DNA of 64,000 nucleotides from Polyangiaceae bacterium (GCA_035063585.1 JAPSGB010000021.1:18696-82695); one strand, 5' to 3'. Counted from the first letter of the stretch, positions 9,413 to 19,210 are shown. A program made the numbers and translations. The notes: generated from the sequence alone by a model not told the origin.

Positions 9413-11008
9413 ATGAGCCCCCGCTTCGTCGCGCTCGCGCTCGGGATCCTGGCTCTCGGCTGCCAGCGCGCGCCACGCTCGGGGGGCGAGCCGCCCCGGC
9501 GCGACGATCCGCCCGCGAAGGCCCCGCCGCTCGACGCTGCGCTCGAGGAGTGCCGCGCGCGCATCCGGGACCTCGAGCGGGAGCCCGCGGCTCCTGGCGC
9601 ACCGGCGTTCGAGGCGCGCCGCGCGGAGCTGCTCGGGCGAGCGCGCGGGGAGCCGCTCCTCTGGCTCCGCGAGCCCGAGCCGACCCCGGACGCCGCGCTC
9701 ACCGAGCCCGCGCGCGCCGCCAGGCGAGCTTACGCGCGCTCCTCACCGTGGAGGCGCGTTGGCTCGCTCCGGGCCCGATTCCGCGCCGCCCCGGCCATCC
9801 TGCGAAGCCTCATCCTGAGGGAGGGATACCTCTACTCGAACGATCCTACGGAGGCGCTCGCGCTCGTCTCGTCGCTTCGCGTCGAGGATCTCTTCGATGA
9901 GTCGGAGGTGCTCCTCGAGCGCGGCGCGGCGCGCACCCGGCTCACCCGCGTGGTGGAGCGACGTCGCGCGCTCTATCGCGACTCGAACGGGCGAGAGGCC
10001 GAGCTGTTGTTCGGCGATCGCCTCGTGCTCGACGAAGCCGAGCTGGCTCGAGCTCTCGCCCTCGATCTCGGGGGGCTCGCCGACACCGAGGGCGTCGAGC
10101 GGCTCCGCGTCGAGCGGCTCGCCGCGGGCGGGGTCCTTGGCGAGTTGCGGCTCGGGGGGGAGCCGGTGCGCGCGCTGCTCGTCGCGCGAGGCGCGTCGCT
10201 CGAGCTCTCCTGTCTCGACGCTCCCGAGCCCGTGCGAGCCCGGCTCCGAGCCTGGCAGGAGAGCGACGCCGCGCGGCGCCGCGGGCTTCGTCGCCTCCGG
10301 GAAGCGATCACCGATGGCGTCGCCGAACGGCTACCGTTCGATCGCCCGCGCGGTGAGGAGGGTGAGGAGTTCGACGGCCAGATGCGAAACGAGTGGCGTT
10401 GGGCGTACCAGACGGGGCGCAGCGCGTACGGCTTTCACGGAGACTCGTATCCGGTGTTCGACCCGAGCGGACGCCCGCATCCGCCCCAGGTGTGCGTCGT
10501 GTTCATCCTCGATAGCTACGAGCGCGCGGCCGGGAGCTGGTTTCAGCCGCGCGGTCAGGCCAGGGCGCGCTCGATCGGGACCTTGGATTTCTCCGCGCTC
10601 GGCTTGAAGAACCGCGGCGCGGTGCTCGCCTTCGGCGACTTTGCCGCCACCCACCCCGAGCTCTTTGCCTTCGAGCGGCTTTCCGCGCCCGAGCGCGTGC
10701 CGTTCCGCGAGCGCGAGCGATTCTTCGCGTCGCTCACGCGCGATGACGACCGATTTCGCGCGGGTGACGTGGTCGCGATCCAGGGGCTGAAGAGCGACGG
10801 GAAGATCCACCAACACGCGCTCCTCGTGGAGCGGATCGATCCGGTGACCGGGTTCCCGTATGGGCTCGCCGATCAGATGCGGACGCCGCGGCGGCGCACC
10901 TGGGAGGCGATCATGGGCCCCGCGCCGCTCCGGAGCGTGCTCTATCGGGCTCGTCCGAGCGAAGAGATCTGGCGCCGGCTCTCGCTCGCCGGCGCGCCAG
11001 GCGGGTGA
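9413..11008 (+). CDS. Hypothetical lipoprotein, possible C-terminal papain/NlpC-P60-like Cys-His domain
   Basis: Lipobox LALGC; QVCVVFILD ... GDVVAIQG...HQHALLVE. Confidence 0.65.
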   Translation: MSPRFVALALGILALGCQRAPRSGGEPPRRDDPPAKAPPLDAALEECRARIRDLEREPAAPGAPAFEARRAELLGRARGEPLLWLREPEPTPDAALTEPARAARRAYARSSPWRRVGSLRARFRAAPAILRSLILREGYLYSNDPTEALALVSSLRVEDLFDESEVLLERGAARTRLTRVVERRRALYRDSNGREAELLFGDRLVLDEAELARALALDLGGLADTEGVERLRVERLAAGGVLGELRLGGEPVRALLVARGASLELSCLDAPEPVRARLRAWQESDAARRRGLRRLREAITDGVAERLPFDRPRGEEGEEFDGQMRNEWRWAYQTGRSAYGFHGDSYPVFDPSGRPHPPQVCVVFILDSYERAAGSWFQPRGQARARSIGTLDFSALGLKNRGAVLAFGDFAATHPELFAFERLSAPERVPFRERERFFASLTRDDDRFRAGDVVAIQGLKSDGKIHQHALLVERIDPVTGFPYGLADQMRTPRRRTWEAIMGPAPLRSVLYRARPSEEIWRRLSLAGAPGG

Positions 11009-11033
11009 CCTCCGGCGCGCGGTCAGAGCGGCG

Positions 11034-14000
11034 TCAGGGAGCGGGCGGTGCGACGTCGGAGCCCGACGCCGTGCCGACGAGCACGTGCGGCTTGGAGTGC
11101 TTCGCCTCCACCGCCGAGGCGCTGGTCAAGATGTCGGGCTTCACCGAGACATCATACTCCTTGCCGCTCAGCGAGCCGTGGCAGCCGCCGCAGAAGCCGT
11201 CGAACATCTGACGGCGGAACGACAGCGTGACCCACTCGCCCGGGTAGTACTGCACCGCCTCGCGCTGCACGTGCGAGCTGGGAGAGGAGTCTCCGGCGAG
11301 GAGCGCGGACACCCCGACGCTGATGGGCACGCCGCCCGGGATCTGGACGCGAGTCGAGCCGTCTTCGAGGAGCGGCGTGTGCCCGAGCAAGCGCTGCCGG
11401 GCGTAGTACTTTCCGAAGCGGTCGGTCTGGATGAATGGGCTCGAGTCGTCGAGGCTTCGCTCGCTCGTGGGGGGAAGGTTCTCCCAGATCTCGAAGCCGA
11501 CCATCTTCTCGACGCGCCTGAACCCACGCGTGTTCTGGAACATCAGGCTCGCGATGAGCGGGAAGTCCATGTAAGTGAGCTGCGCGCGGTCCGTGCGCTT
11601 CTCGCCGTCGTCGGTCGTGTAGATGACGGCGCTGCCCGCCGGATCCTTCGGGCTCGAGTGAAAGACCCCGCGGCTGTAGCGGCCAAAGACCGCGACCGGC
11701 CAGAGCTCGTCGGCGCTTGCATCCGACAAGAGGGGGAGCGGCGTGCGGCGACCGCTCACCGGATCGACGATGACGACGTCGAAGTTGCCGCTGAAGCTCC
11801 CGAGGTCGACCACGTTGGCCGCGTAGCTCACCAGGATCTTTCCGTTCGGAAGGATCGAGATGTCGCGGTACGCGCCCTTGGTGGGCTCGCCGAGCCGCGC
11901 CTTCGAAGCCGGGTCCGGGTAGCTCATCGAGTGCTGAAAGAACGCCGGCGCGGGGAAGGACATCGCGCGCGGATCTGCGGTGTAGTCGTCGGCCGCGTCG
12001 CTGCGAGTGTCCGGTCCGAGCGAGCGGTTCAAGACCGCGAGCTGGCCGGCGCTGTGCACTGCGCCCCGATCGCTCAGGATCGCCGCGAAATTTCGGTCGA
12101 GCGTCTGCACCAAGCTGGTGAGCTGATTCGCGCCGATGGTGCCGCGCTGTCCCCAGAGCGGGTGATAGTCGCCGCCGTCGAGGTTCAAGCGCCGCCCGGC
12201 GAGCTGGTAGAAGCCAGGCGCGCGTTTCTCGGTCGTGAACATGACCTGCCCGGTCACCTCGAAGCTCGGCGTGAGCTCCTGGTCGAGCAAGAAGGTGAGC
12301 TGGCGGATATGGTCACCCTCCAGGATGTAGAGGTTGGCGTTCAGCTTCGAGGGATCCGCCGCGCTGCGCTGGGGCCCGGAGTACTCGAAGACGTCGGTGT
12401 TCATGATGTTCCCGCGCGTCGACACGAACACCAGCGACCCGTCCGGCGCGTACTGAGGATCGAAGTTGTGGATGAGCTCGCCGTTGGTCGGGAGTCGTTC
12501 GCCATGGTCGTCGATCGGCGCGGCGTCGATGGTCGGCTCGACCGCGCAGCTCGAGCCGTCGCCGCGCGCGGTGTAGATGCGATAGGGCTCCGAGGCGCTG
12601 GTGCGCGCCGCGAAGGCGAGGCTCGCGCCGTCCCAGGACACCGCAGGACGGCGCACGTCTGCGGTCGCCGCGTCGAGCCCGCAGCCGGTCATGAGGCTCC
12701 GGTCGGTCCCGTCGAGCGTGACGGTGCCGGACGCGTCCATCGAGGCGCCGGCCAGACGGAGCTCCGAGCCGGGGGCGTACGAGGCGAAATCTTGCGGGGC
12801 ATCAGGGAGTGGCGCGGGCGAGCGCTTCACGTAAACGATCGCGGAGAGCGGTGCGGCGGCCTGCATCCGCGCCGCGCGCTCGCGAGTTATCCACGCGACC
12901 AGCACGCAGTACGGATCCTGCTCGTCGAGCGGCCCCGTCTCGGCGGCGGTGAGATCGCACGCGCTCGGGTCGCCCGAGCCCGCGAACAGCGCGCCGCCGC
13001 GGTGGCGGATACCAGGGCCTCGCGGGCCGGGCTCGAGGTTCTTCGCGAGGATGCGACTGACGTTCGGGTCCGGCGACTCCATCGCGACCTGTTCGAGCGC
13101 CAGCCGGTAGTTGTTGCGGGTCGCCGGCAACGCAAAGTGCCCGGCGCTGCCTGCGCGAAGCGCCAGATCGTTGAAGGCGGCCGGCGAGTGGCAGCCGAGG
13201 AGCATGCAGCCCTTCTTGACCAGCATCGGCTGCACGCGCTTGGCGAAGAGCTCGAACCCCACGTCGGTCGGGATCCGCGAGGGGCCGCCCTTCGCCTCGG
13301 CCCATGCGAGGGTGTCCTTGTACTTCGGGTCGCTTGGCGACGAGAAGAACCAGCCACCCTCGTGAAACACGCCTCCTTGCGCCGGGTCGAGCACGCGTCG
13401 CAGGAGCTCGCTGGTCGGGGCGTCGGCCGCGACGTAGTCGCCGGCCGCGAAGTAGTTCCACCGGATCTGCTCGGGGGTCTTCCCGCACGTGAGGTAGAGC
13501 GAGTTCTTGGCCGCGCCATGGCAGTTGCCTGCGGAGCAGTCGCTGACGAGGATGTCGTTCACCGAGCTCTTGAAGAGCGCGAAGTCGGCGTCGGTCGGAT
13601 CCACCGACGGGTCGAAGTCCGGATCCGAACCGACTCGATCCGAGCAGGGATCGAGGGAGAACTTGGCGGGCGCCGCGAGCTCGTTGTTCTCGAGCGCGCC
13701 GCGCTCGAGCCAGCGCTGCACGATCGCGAAGGAGGCCGAGCCCGGATCGATGACCGCGCCGCCGGCGTGTGGGATGTCGGTCGTGAGCATCTCGACCTCG
13801 CCATCCCACGCCTCGAGCCGGACCTGAAACGCGGGGACCGCCTTGGCGAGCAGCGTCGCCAACCCGTACGGTCCGTAGACGGTCAGATCGTCACGGCGCC
13901 GGTCCAGCATCGCGAAGCTGGTGACGTCCAGGTTGCCGAGCGCGTTGCCCTGGTCGTCGGCGGTGACGTGACAACCAGAGCCGGTCGGGCTGGTCGCGCA

Positions 14001-14138
14001 CGAGGCCAAGAGGACCGGTCCCACCTTCCGCTCGAAATAGGTGCCGCCCGGCTCCACTTCGCGCCGCTCGCAGCCCGCTCCGCCGAACGACGCGACGAAG
14101 GCCCCGACCCCCAACACCCAACGCTTTGCACGCTGCAT
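11034..14138 (-). CDS. Large lipoprotein: three cytochrome c-like repeats + TolB-like propeller + HzsA-like C-terminal domain
   Basis: Lipobox-like GAGC; CX8CH, CX4CH, CX4CH, CGGCH; PAVSWDG, DPQYAPDGSLVFVSTR repeats; DGS..V.IP...PGE..CGGCH. Confidence 0.75.
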   Translation of the reverse strand: MQRAKRWVLGVGAFVASFGGAGCERREVEPGGTYFERKVGPVLLASCATSPTGSGCHVTADDQGNALGNLDVTSFAMLDRRRDDLTVYGPYGLATLLAKAVPAFQVRLEAWDGEVEMLTTDIPHAGGAVIDPGSASFAIVQRWLERGALENNELAAPAKFSLDPCSDRVGSDPDFDPSVDPTDADFALFKSSVNDILVSDCSAGNCHGAAKNSLYLTCGKTPEQIRWNYFAAGDYVAADAPTSELLRRVLDPAQGGVFHEGGWFFSSPSDPKYKDTLAWAEAKGGPSRIPTDVGFELFAKRVQPMLVKKGCMLLGCHSPAAFNDLALRAGSAGHFALPATRNNYRLALEQVAMESPDPNVSRILAKNLEPGPRGPGIRHRGGALFAGSGDPSACDLTAAETGPLDEQDPYCVLVAWITRERAARMQAAAPLSAIVYVKRSPAPLPDAPQDFASYAPGSELRLAGASMDASGTVTLDGTDRSLMTGCGLDAATADVRRPAVSWDGASLAFAARTSASEPYRIYTARGDGSSCAVEPTIDAAPIDDHGERLPTNGELIHNFDPQYAPDGSLVFVSTRGNIMNTDVFEYSGPQRSAADPSKLNANLYILEGDHIRQLTFLLDQELTPSFEVTGQVMFTTEKRAPGFYQLAGRRLNLDGGDYHPLWGQRGTIGANQLTSLVQTLDRNFAAILSDRGAVHSAGQLAVLNRSLGPDTRSDAADDYTADPRAMSFPAPAFFQHSMSYPDPASKARLGEPTKGAYRDISILPNGKILVSYAANVVDLGSFSGNFDVVIVDPVSGRRTPLPLLSDASADELWPVAVFGRYSRGVFHSSPKDPAGSAVIYTTDDGEKRTDRAQLTYMDFPLIASLMFQNTRGFRRVEKMVGFEIWENLPPTSERSLDDSSPFIQTDRFGKYYARQRLLGHTPLLEDGSTRVQIPGGVPISVGVSALLAGDSSPSSHVQREAVQYYPGEWVTLSFRRQMFDGFCGGCHGSLSGKEYDVSVKPDILTSASAVEAKHSKPHVLVGTASGSDVAPPAP

Positions 14139-14378
14139 CGCACCTCTCCCAAGCGCCACGCCATCATCTCTCTCAGCGACTCTCCGGTGGCGTCTCCTGA
14201 CAATTACCATGACGGATGCCAGTCGTCTCGCGGGTGGGATATTCACCGCAAATGTAAGTCGACTTCGCGCGCCACGACCCGCGCGCCGCGTCTTGGTTCT
14301 CGAGGCGGTGCGGCTCGCCCCGGTCCTGCGACGAACGGGAGATTGACTGGCAAATCAGGATTCCGTTAAGCTGAGTGC

Positions 14379-15197
14379 ATGAGGCGGCTCGGGGTTGGTG
14401 GGGTGGCGCTCGCGCTGGGGCTCGTAGCGGTGGTTGCTTGCTCGGAAGACGAGACGAAGCCGTCGAGCAGGGACAGCGGGACGACCGGCGACGGCGCGGC
14501 CGGCGGCGCGGGATTGCCCGGAACGGGCGGCACCGCCGGCGCCGACGCGAGCGCGGGCTCGAGCGGTACGGACGCGAGCGCAGGCTCGGGCGGTACGGAC
14601 GCGAGCGCAGGCTCGGGCGGTACGGACGCGAGCGCAGGCTCGGGCGGTACGGCCGGGGCGGGCGGCGCCGACGCGGGCCTCGTGTGCAGGTCCATGCGCG
14701 AACGCGGGATGACCGACGGCGGAGTCGAAGCAGCCGCGGGCGCGAGCGGCGCGGCGGGCGGCGGAGGCGCCGGCGGCGCCACCTACCAGTGGCATGACTG
14801 GGCGAACAACCAGTGCCGCGACTGCCAAGAGATCTTACTCGATTGCTCCAACTTCGAGGGGGGAAGCTACTTCGATCCCGTCACGCAAATAGTGACGCTG
14901 GAACTCCAGCCAGGTCTGGCCGAGATCGTCAGCGCACAAGTCACCTACCTTCGATTTACCTATGACGACGGAGACGGCGGAATCTTGAGTGATACGCTCA
15001 ACGGGACGAGCGACATGAAGGTCGAGAAGAACTTGCTCACGCTCGACCTCTCAGGCCAGCTACCGGCGCAAGTGATACAGATCGACGGTATCGCGGTCAG
15101 CCTGATCGAAGCGTGCAGCCCCGAGAGCCTTTATGTGCCTCTGATGGCTGAAGCAGCCGACGGAGGCGCGCGGCTCCCGATCTACTGCGAGTACTAA
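14379..15197 (+). CDS. Hypothetical lipoprotein with Gly/Ala/Ser repeat linker
   Basis: Lipobox VVAC; DASAGSGGT repeats; Cys-containing C-terminal domain. Confidence 0.75.
   Translation: MRRLGVGGVALALGLVAVVACSEDETKPSSRDSGTTGDGAAGGAGLPGTGGTAGADASAGSSGTDASAGSGGTDASAGSGGTDASAGSGGTAGAGGADAGLVCRSMRERGMTDGGVEAAAGASGAAGGGGAGGATYQWHDWANNQCRDCQEILLDCSNFEGGSYFDPVTQIVTLELQPGLAEIVSAQVTYLRFTYDDGDGGILSDTLNGTSDMKVEKNLLTLDLSGQLPAQVIQIDGIAVSLIEACSPESLYVPLMAEAADGGARLPIYCEY
14544..14651 (+). repeat. Four tandem 27-bp coding repeats (gacgcgagcgcaggctcgggcggtacg; DASAGSGGT)
   Basis: Units at 14544, 14571, 14598, 14625; last three identical, first has 2 substitutions. Confidence 0.95.
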
Positions 15198-16477
15198 GGC
15201 TGCCGGGGGAGCGCCACGAAGTCCTCGAACTTCCCGCCGGGCGAGCGTGGGAGCTCCGTGCGGTATTCGAAGGTGAGCTCGAACGGATAGCCCAAGAGCT
15301 CGAGCACGAGCGCTCGCACCCGCGCCTCGAGCTCCGGGGTGAGCCGCTCCGAGACGAGCTCGAGCGTCATCGCCTCGGGGCCGCGTTGGACCATGCGAAA
15401 CTGGCGGATCGGCGCGAGCTTGCCGAGTAGGTTCGAGCCGAAGCGCGGCCACGAGCGTTCGCCGTTCGGCAACGTGAGCATGTTGCGCGAGCGGCCGACG
15501 ATGCGCTCGATGACGGGTAGACCGAGCCCGGTCGGGCAGGGACCGCCGACCGTGGCGAAGTCGCCGAGCTCGTACCGGAGGAGCGGCATCGGGAAGGAGT
15601 GGAGCGGCGTGACGAGCACGCGCCCCGTCTCGCCCGTCTCGCACGCGGTTCCGTCGTCACGCACCACCTCGACCAGCACGTTCTCGGCTTGCACGTGATA
15701 GTGCGCGTGCTCCGGGCACTCGAGCGCGATGAAGCCGACCTCGGCCGACGAGTAGGCGTCCACCACGGGCACACTCCAGACGCGGCGCGCCGTCTCGCGG
15801 AGCTCGAGAGGAAGGGTCTCGCCGAAGGTGCCGAGCTCGCGGAGTGAGGGAAGCGCCACACCCTGCTCGGCGGCCTCTTCGACCAGCGCGGCGGCGTTCG
15901 AGGCGTAGGTCACGAGGTACGCCGGCGCCTCCCGCTCGAGCCAGGCGAGCTGCTCGCGGACGGTGGCGTTCATTCCGAGCGACACCAGCGGGCCGCCCTG
16001 TGGATGGAGCGACCACTTGGCGTCGGCACGAAGGTCGGGGCTCGCGCGGATCGACGCCGCCTTCGCGCGCAAGTCGCGGCGGTGCCAGCCGTGATCACGC
16101 ATCGAGAGCGCGCCCAGGATGGCGTCGGCGACCGCGCCGACGGGGACCGTGACCGGCGTCCCGGTGGACCCGGAGCTGTGCGCTTCGCGCACCGCGCGAT
16201 GTTCGGGCGGCACGGCGCGGCTCGCCAGCGCGCTCGCGCGCGCCTGCACCGTGGCGCGGGAGAGCGGAGGTAGGTCCTCGAAGCGTGCCGGCGCGTCCGC
16301 GTAGAATCCGGTGGTGCGCCGGGCGTGCTCGAGGAGCTCGTCGGCGCGCGCCCGCTGCGCGTGCTCGAGCTCACGCGTGGGGAGCCGCTCGAGCGCGGCG
16401 AGCGCACGCAGCATCGGGCCGAGCGACGCCGCGCGCGGGAGGAGTGCGAGCGCATAGAGGTGTTCGAGCGGGGTCAT
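15194..16477 (-). CDS. Phenylacetate-CoA ligase/CapK-like adenylate-forming enzyme
   Basis: SSGSTGTP, YSSAEVGFIA, MPLLRYELGD, GRSRN, SPGGKF. Confidence 0.82.
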   Translation of the reverse strand: MTPLEHLYALALLPRAASLGPMLRALAALERLPTRELEHAQRARADELLEHARRTTGFYADAPARFEDLPPLSRATVQARASALASRAVPPEHRAVREAHSSGSTGTPVTVPVGAVADAILGALSMRDHGWHRRDLRAKAASIRASPDLRADAKWSLHPQGGPLVSLGMNATVREQLAWLEREAPAYLVTYASNAAALVEEAAEQGVALPSLRELGTFGETLPLELRETARRVWSVPVVDAYSSAEVGFIALECPEHAHYHVQAENVLVEVVRDDGTACETGETGRVLVTPLHSFPMPLLRYELGDFATVGGPCPTGLGLPVIERIVGRSRNMLTLPNGERSWPRFGSNLLGKLAPIRQFRMVQRGPEAMTLELVSERLTPELEARVRALVLELLGYPFELTFEYRTELPRSPGGKFEDFVALPRQP

Positions 16478-16493
16478 GACGAGAGTGGGGCGC

Positions 16494-17735
16494 TCATGCG
16501 CCGGCCCACCGAGCGCTCTTGCGGATCCGTGCGCTCGCGAGCGTGAACACCGCGACTCCGGCGACCGTCATGACCGCCTCGACGAGGAGCATGGCGCGGG
16601 CCGAGCAGCGACCGGCGACCAGGCCGAGCAGCAGCCCGAGCCACCAGATGGGAAAGTTCGAGAGCGATGCGTACACGTTATACTTGGTGGCGCCGGAACC
16701 CGAGCCCATCGCGTCGAGCACGACCGCCGTGAACGCCGCGAAGGCTAGCCCCACGCCGAACGAGTAGATCAGGTTCCACACCACGTACATCCCGACGCTC
16801 GCCGGGCCGAGCGCGAGGACGGTCGCGACCGCGCCGAGCCCGACCCCGATGCCGAGGTAGGCGCTGCGCGGATGGACGCGCTGGCACACCCAGCCGCCGG
16901 CGAAGCACCCGAGCGCGGTCACGATCCCGGAGAGGAAGCCCTGCACGAGCCCGACCTCGCTCGCCCCGGCGCCCCAGTGGGCCGCCACCTCGCCTTGCGT
17001 GAGCACGCCTTGCGCGGCGCCGGTGCCGACCGGCATGAGGCAGAGCACCGCCGCGAGCACGCCGCCGCGCGTCTTCATCATCTCGCGCAGATCGCTCACG
17101 ACCCCGCGCACCGCGCTCCACGCGCCGGCGCCCCGGTGCCGGAGCTCGATGGTCGGGGTGAAGACCAGCGCCAGGCAACACGCGAGGAAGAGCGCCGCCA
17201 TGATGGCCCCGGTCATCCAGGGCGCGGGCAGCGTCTTCAAGAGCAGGAGGCCGAGCCCCCCGCCGACGCCCGCGCCGCCCAGGTTGCCCGCTTGAAACCA
17301 CGCGCTCACCCGCCCGACCTCGTCCGGCGAGGTGGTGCTGGCGAGGATCGCCTCGACCGACATCCCGACCGCGGTGTTGATGAGGCTCGCGGCCGCGATG
17401 ATGGCGAGCAGGACGCCGAGCGTGCTCGGACCGAGCGGGACCACGGACATGGCGAACACCCCCGCCGCAGAGAGGCTGGTCGAGAGGACGTACCACTTGC
17501 GCGGCGTGAGCGTGACGTCGACCGCCGGCGCCCAGAGCCACTTGAGCCACTGAGTCAGCATCTGCGCGCCGTTCAAGAGCGCGCCCTCGGCGATCGAGAG
17601 GCCGTGCTGCGTGGCGAGGAAGGTGAGCGCCACCGTCACGAAACCCGAGAGCGCCCCGAACGGCAGATAGAGGATCGTCCAGACGACGGGGTGAGGGGCT
17701 GGGCGATGGGTCAAGCTGGGCGTAGCGCTTATCAT
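16494..17735 (-). CDS. MFS transporter, AmpG/RhtX-like
   Basis: About 12 hydrophobic segments; LYLPFG, LKWLWAPAVD...RKW, ATKYNVYASLSN. Confidence 0.8.
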   Translation of the reverse strand: MISATPSLTHRPAPHPVVWTILYLPFGALSGFVTVALTFLATQHGLSIAEGALLNGAQMLTQWLKWLWAPAVDVTLTPRKWYVLSTSLSAAGVFAMSVVPLGPSTLGVLLAIIAAASLINTAVGMSVEAILASTTSPDEVGRVSAWFQAGNLGGAGVGGGLGLLLLKTLPAPWMTGAIMAALFLACCLALVFTPTIELRHRGAGAWSAVRGVVSDLREMMKTRGGVLAAVLCLMPVGTGAAQGVLTQGEVAAHWGAGASEVGLVQGFLSGIVTALGCFAGGWVCQRVHPRSAYLGIGVGLGAVATVLALGPASVGMYVVWNLIYSFGVGLAFAAFTAVVLDAMGSGSGATKYNVYASLSNFPIWWLGLLLGLVAGRCSARAMLLVEAVMTVAGVAVFTLASARIRKSARWAGA

Positions 17736-17881
17736 GGCCCCGCGCGCGCCGGGAGCCGCCGCCCGGGGGCCTGCGCGCCCGCGCCGTGCGGCTCCCCGAG
17801 CCGTTTCCGCGCCGCTCCGACAAACCCGAACTCGGAGCGCCCGTGGTGATACTCTGGCGCGCTAGAAAGAGGAGACGCCCC

Positions 17882-19210
17882 GTGAGCGATGCCAAGAGTC
17901 CGAGCGAGCCGGTCTACGTCATCGAGGCGATCCCGGTCGCGGGGGACAACACCGTGAGCGCGGTAGACGTCGCGCGCGAGGGGATCCCGACGCCGCGGCA
18001 CCTCCGCGTGTACCCCGAGCTGGGTCGCGGCGGCATGGGCCGCGTGCACCCGGCGACCGATCGCAACCTCATCCGCCACGTCGCGCTGAAGCGCCTCGAC
18101 AAGCAGCTCGCGACGGTGCCGATGTATCGCGACGGCTTCATCGCGGAGGCGCAGATTACCGGGCAGCTCGAGCACCCGAACATCGTGCCGGTGCACGAGC
18201 TCGCCATCGCGCCGAACGGGGTCCCGTATTTCACCATGAAGCTCGTGCAGGGCGTGGGCTTCGATCACTGGCTCCGCGATCCGTTCCGTCCTCCGGGCTC
18301 GACCGAGCGCCTGCACGAGGGGCTCGAGATCTTCCTCAAGATCTGCGACGCGGTCGCGTACGCGCACCACCGCGGGGTGATTCATCGCGACCTCAAGCCG
18401 GAGAACGTGATGATCGCTGAGTTCGGGCAGGTGTACCTGATGGATTGGGGGCTCTCGAAGCTCACCCGCACGCGGCCCGCATCGGGAAAGGCGTCGCAGA
18501 TGGAAGCGCCGGGCCCGGTCGGGACCCCGACTCACATGGCGCCGGAGCAAGCACGCGGAAACCCCGCTGACATGACCGAGCGGAGCGATATTTTCGGGCT
18601 CGGCGCGCTCCTCTACGAGCTCGTGAGCGGCAAGACTCCGTACGGTGAGTCGCGGAGCGCGGCGGAGGTGCTGAAGCGCGCCGAGAAGGGGCAGGTGATC
18701 CCCATCGACACCGTGACGGCAGGCATCGGCGTGAGCAAACGACTCCGCACGATCGTCGACAAGGCCGTCGCGCCGAAGCCGGAGGATCGCTACCAGAGCG
18801 TCGTCGAGCTAAAGGAGGACGTGCGGCGGTTCCTCCGCGGCGGGCTCTACTTGCCGACGGAGGTGTTCGCGCCGGGCACGCTCATCGTTCGCGAAGGGGA
18901 CGTGGGCGACGCAGCGTACATGATCACTCACGGGACGTGCCGAGCGTTCCGCACGGTGGACGGAGAGGAAGAGACGCTCGGCACCATGGGCACGGGCGAC
19001 ATCTTCGGCGAGATGGCGCTCCTGCTCGACGAGCCGCGCGCCGCGAGCGTGATCGCGGTGGACCAGGTGACCGCGCTCGTGCTCGACAAGCGCACCATGG
19101 CCGAAGGGCTCGGAGCCGAGGGCTGGACGTCGACCTTGGTGCGCGCGCTGGCGCAGCGCTTCCGCGCGCTCGAGCAGCAGGTGCGCGAGAGCGGGCTCCG
19201 ACGCGGTTAG
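17882..19210 (+). CDS. Ser/Thr protein kinase with C-terminal cyclic-nucleotide-binding domain
   Basis: GRGGMGRV, VALK, HRDLKPEN, DWG, MAPE; then IVREGD.GD and FGEMALL..EPRAASV. Confidence 0.92.
   Translation: MSDAKSPSEPVYVIEAIPVAGDNTVSAVDVAREGIPTPRHLRVYPELGRGGMGRVHPATDRNLIRHVALKRLDKQLATVPMYRDGFIAEAQITGQLEHPNIVPVHELAIAPNGVPYFTMKLVQGVGFDHWLRDPFRPPGSTERLHEGLEIFLKICDAVAYAHHRGVIHRDLKPENVMIAEFGQVYLMDWGLSKLTRTRPASGKASQMEAPGPVGTPTHMAPEQARGNPADMTERSDIFGLGALLYELVSGKTPYGESRSAAEVLKRAEKGQVIPIDTVTAGIGVSKRLRTIVDKAVAPKPEDRYQSVVELKEDVRRFLRGGLYLPTEVFAPGTLIVREGDVGDAAYMITHGTCRAFRTVDGEEETLGTMGTGDIFGEMALLLDEPRAASVIAVDQVTALVLDKRTMAEGLGAEGWTSTLVRALAQRFRALEQQVRESGLRRG

Noticed and set aside
11034..14138. Anammox hydrazine synthase
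   Set aside because: Only an HzsA-like module; no hzsB/C or hao in the window, and such domains occur outside anammox bacteria
10860..14369. 1169-aa plus-strand ORF, and similar long antisense ORFs (60255-63197, 35598-37568, 46779-48644, 51467-53143)
   Set aside because: Shadow ORFs opposite motif-bearing genes; expected from high-GC codon bias, with no recognisable motifs
14544..14651. CRISPR array
   Set aside because: Head-to-tail in-frame repeats with no spacers and no cas genes
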